NCBI RefSeq assembly: GCF_947568905.1
Contig: NC_079168.1
Span: 48,360,001-48,424,000 of the forward strand
Source: Ostrea edulis
Taxonomy: Eukaryota
Direction: 5' to 3'
Length of the DNA: 64,000 nt
The notes under the pieces are model-generated. The model ran no database searches. It saw nothing but the letters and a program-made list of their open reading frames with translations, and was not told the DNA's origin. The position numbers were made by a program, and so were the translations under genes. Shown piece after piece: positions 61,971 through 64,000 of this stretch. How positions within the stretch are numbered: position 1 is the first letter of the stretch; every line of letters begins with the position of its first letter.

Positions 61971-62565
61971 ATGAAAAAGCGATGTTAACGAACAGTGGTC
62001 AATTTCATAATAAAGAATGCAAAAGTAAGAGTATGACAAATACGGACCCCTGAGCACACCAGAGGTGGTATGTAAAATACATAGATAAAAGTTGACAATG
62101 GAGAAACTGAAGTTGTTAGATCGTGAACATCTATGGCCAATAAAATATCCAGGTATGAAGCAGGTGTGGAAAACTCTCAGGGTGTCTTTTATTTCGAGTT
62201 CACGGAGATATATATCGAATCAACATATGAGTGAAAATGAGTATCATTAATAGATAAATGGTCGTCGATGTATCTAAATGTCTAGTTGAAGGCCACAGCA
62301 AGATATTTTTTTCTTCTTATGTAGAAGCTTTTAAAAAAAATTTGCCTCGTAAGAATATAAAAACAGATCATTTAATAAAGGAGCACAATTCGTGACCATG
62401 GTGATTCCAACAGACTGTTGGAAGACCTGATCACCAAAGACTACATAAATATTGTCTATGAGAAACTCTAGAATCTTTTTAAGATCAACTTCATAGTACT
62501 GGTGCGTAGAATCAAAGTGGTGTTTAACAGAGTAGTAATTTTTGGGATTACTAATCACTTGATAT
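61971..62565 (-). mobile_element. Penelope-like retroelement fragment with internal deletion
   Basis: EFLIDNIYVVFGDQVFQQSVGITMVTNCAPLLNDLFLYSYEA (PLE QxxGxPMGxxxAP motif) and RYIDD region, joined to a partial 3' end. Confidence 0.85.
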
Positions 62566-63532
62566 GAATAAACTTATGTGATCTACGATCCCTGTGCCAG
62601 TACTCTAACATATTTGTGAGGATTTAGTATCGCGTAATTAGGTCACAATTTATTGAACACCCATATTAAATAATAAGGACGGGGTGTGTGCAAAACATAA
62701 AAAAAATATTGCTTCCTTTGATTTTTGTTTTTGTTGCTTTTTCATAGCACAATTAAAAAACTTCCAACCACCCTTGTATCACGCACGCATACATACATGT
62801 ATTGTGCATACATTGTGATTTATGATCCATACAAATTCAATAGAATTTGTTGTGATAATGTGATCTGTACCAAACAGAATTTAACTTTCAGATGATATAT
62901 ACACAATGCTGCTCAATTTAATTCTGATCTTATAGGCTGGTTGTTTATGGAGTGAGTCTGCTAAAAATCAGACTGGTGCTTTACTGTATTTGAACAGAAA
63001 TCAATCCTTGCAATATGTCTTGAAAATTAATCAAAATGTCTCAAATGGCAAATGATCGTTTTAACAGGATATTAAAAACGACAGATGACTAGGTTCCGTA
63101 TGAACTGAGTGCTTTTTTCTAATAATTGGAGGCCAATAATAAAGATCGATCGATGAGAACAAGAAGTATCGTTTACTAGAGCAATAAAGATAACGAAAGA
63201 AGTGGGTAGGTGTAGGGGACTCGGCATCTCACTTAGATACAGTTGGTCAATACACACCTCGAATATGATCGTTACCCTTAAAATCTAAACAAATATTCCA
63301 CATATCATATAACCATCATTCTATTGAAACAGAAGTACACAAGAGTCGGTAAATTAAATATCGTTTTAATGTTTCATTTCCTCCTGAGTGACACATATAG
63401 AGGGGTTAGGTTTTCTGATACTTTGCATTGGTTTTAACTTTTGATTTAGTGATGCTCAAGCATGTATTTGCAAACGAAAAGGTGTCGTAAATCATGGTTT
63501 TGAATGGACTAAGAAATGGTTATTGTTCAGAT

Positions 63533-64000
63533 ATGCAATCGCGTTTAGTGCTAGATCTAGGCAACCTAGTCCAACACAAGACAATGGCACAAAGAGGTGT
63601 TTCCAGACCAAAGGTGACCAGAAAAACGCAGACTCCGGTAAAGAGGTATGTAGGATGTGCAGGACGGTCATGTAGGTTTGGTTGTTCACGGTCAATCAAA
63701 CAAAAACCAATTACAGAGAAAACAAAAGTGATCGTTAATGACTTGTCCACCAAACCAAAGACGCTTCCCAGGCCAGAATGCTATTCACTGGACAAAGATT
63801 TCCTGGATATACCAGAAACAAATTGTGAATCCTATGTATCTGTGACAGATCTGATTCCTGTAAACGAAACTTCAAGAAGTAATTCCCCAGACAGCTTAGT
63901 AAGTGGTCTCTCTGACGATTCTGCGGCATCAGAGGAACGACAAAATATTCTGCAGTCAGTTGCTTCATATCTAAGTATCGGCTCTAAGGAACGAACAGAC
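63533..64000 (+). CDS. Probable coding exon of an uncharacterised protein, open to the window end
   Basis: Acceptor TTATTGTTCAG at 63530, ATG at 63533, 156 codons with no stop (MQSRLVLDLG...SDDSAASEERQNILQSVASYLSIGSKERTD). Absent from the ORF track, presumably because it has no stop. Confidence 0.65.
   Translation, partial: MQSRLVLDLGNLVQHKTMAQRGVSRPKVTRKTQTPVKRYVGCAGRSCRFGCSRSIKQKPITEKTKVIVNDLSTKPKTLPRPECYSLDKDFLDIPETNCESYVSVTDLIPVNETSRSNSPDSLVSGLSDDSAASEERQNILQSVASYLSIGSKERTD

Overview
AT-rich animal genomic DNA; the repeat families suggest an oyster-like bivalve (inference). Two spliced genes can be rebuilt by hand with phase-consistent GT-AG junctions: an isthmin-like gene (TSP1+AMOP, + strand, 24380-35256) and a mitochondrial MaoC-type dehydratase HTD2 (- strand, 45771-41029). 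There is also a probable coding exon open to the right edge (63533-64000) and a tentative membrane-protein gene near 5.2-5.7 kb. Much of the rest is nested transposon debris: Helentron-type non-autonomous elements (HINEs) with internal tandem arrays, at least 7 Penelope-like fragments, RTE and CR1/L2 LINE pieces, Meta/Deu-type SINEs, a decayed Gypsy provirus, two Crypton-like tyrosine-recombinase remnants, and many MITEs whose TSDs sort into 4-, 5-, 6-, 8- and 9-bp classes. No CRISPR array, rRNA or genuine tRNA gene was found. I did not find a convincing new biological system. The most intriguing items are GAA-triloop palindromes near the recombinase remnants, 9-bp-TSD micro-hairpin elements, 5/6-bp-TSD hAT-like MITEs, structured minisatellites and a polybasic segment in isthmin. 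All calls come from reading the sequence by eye; no database searches were run.
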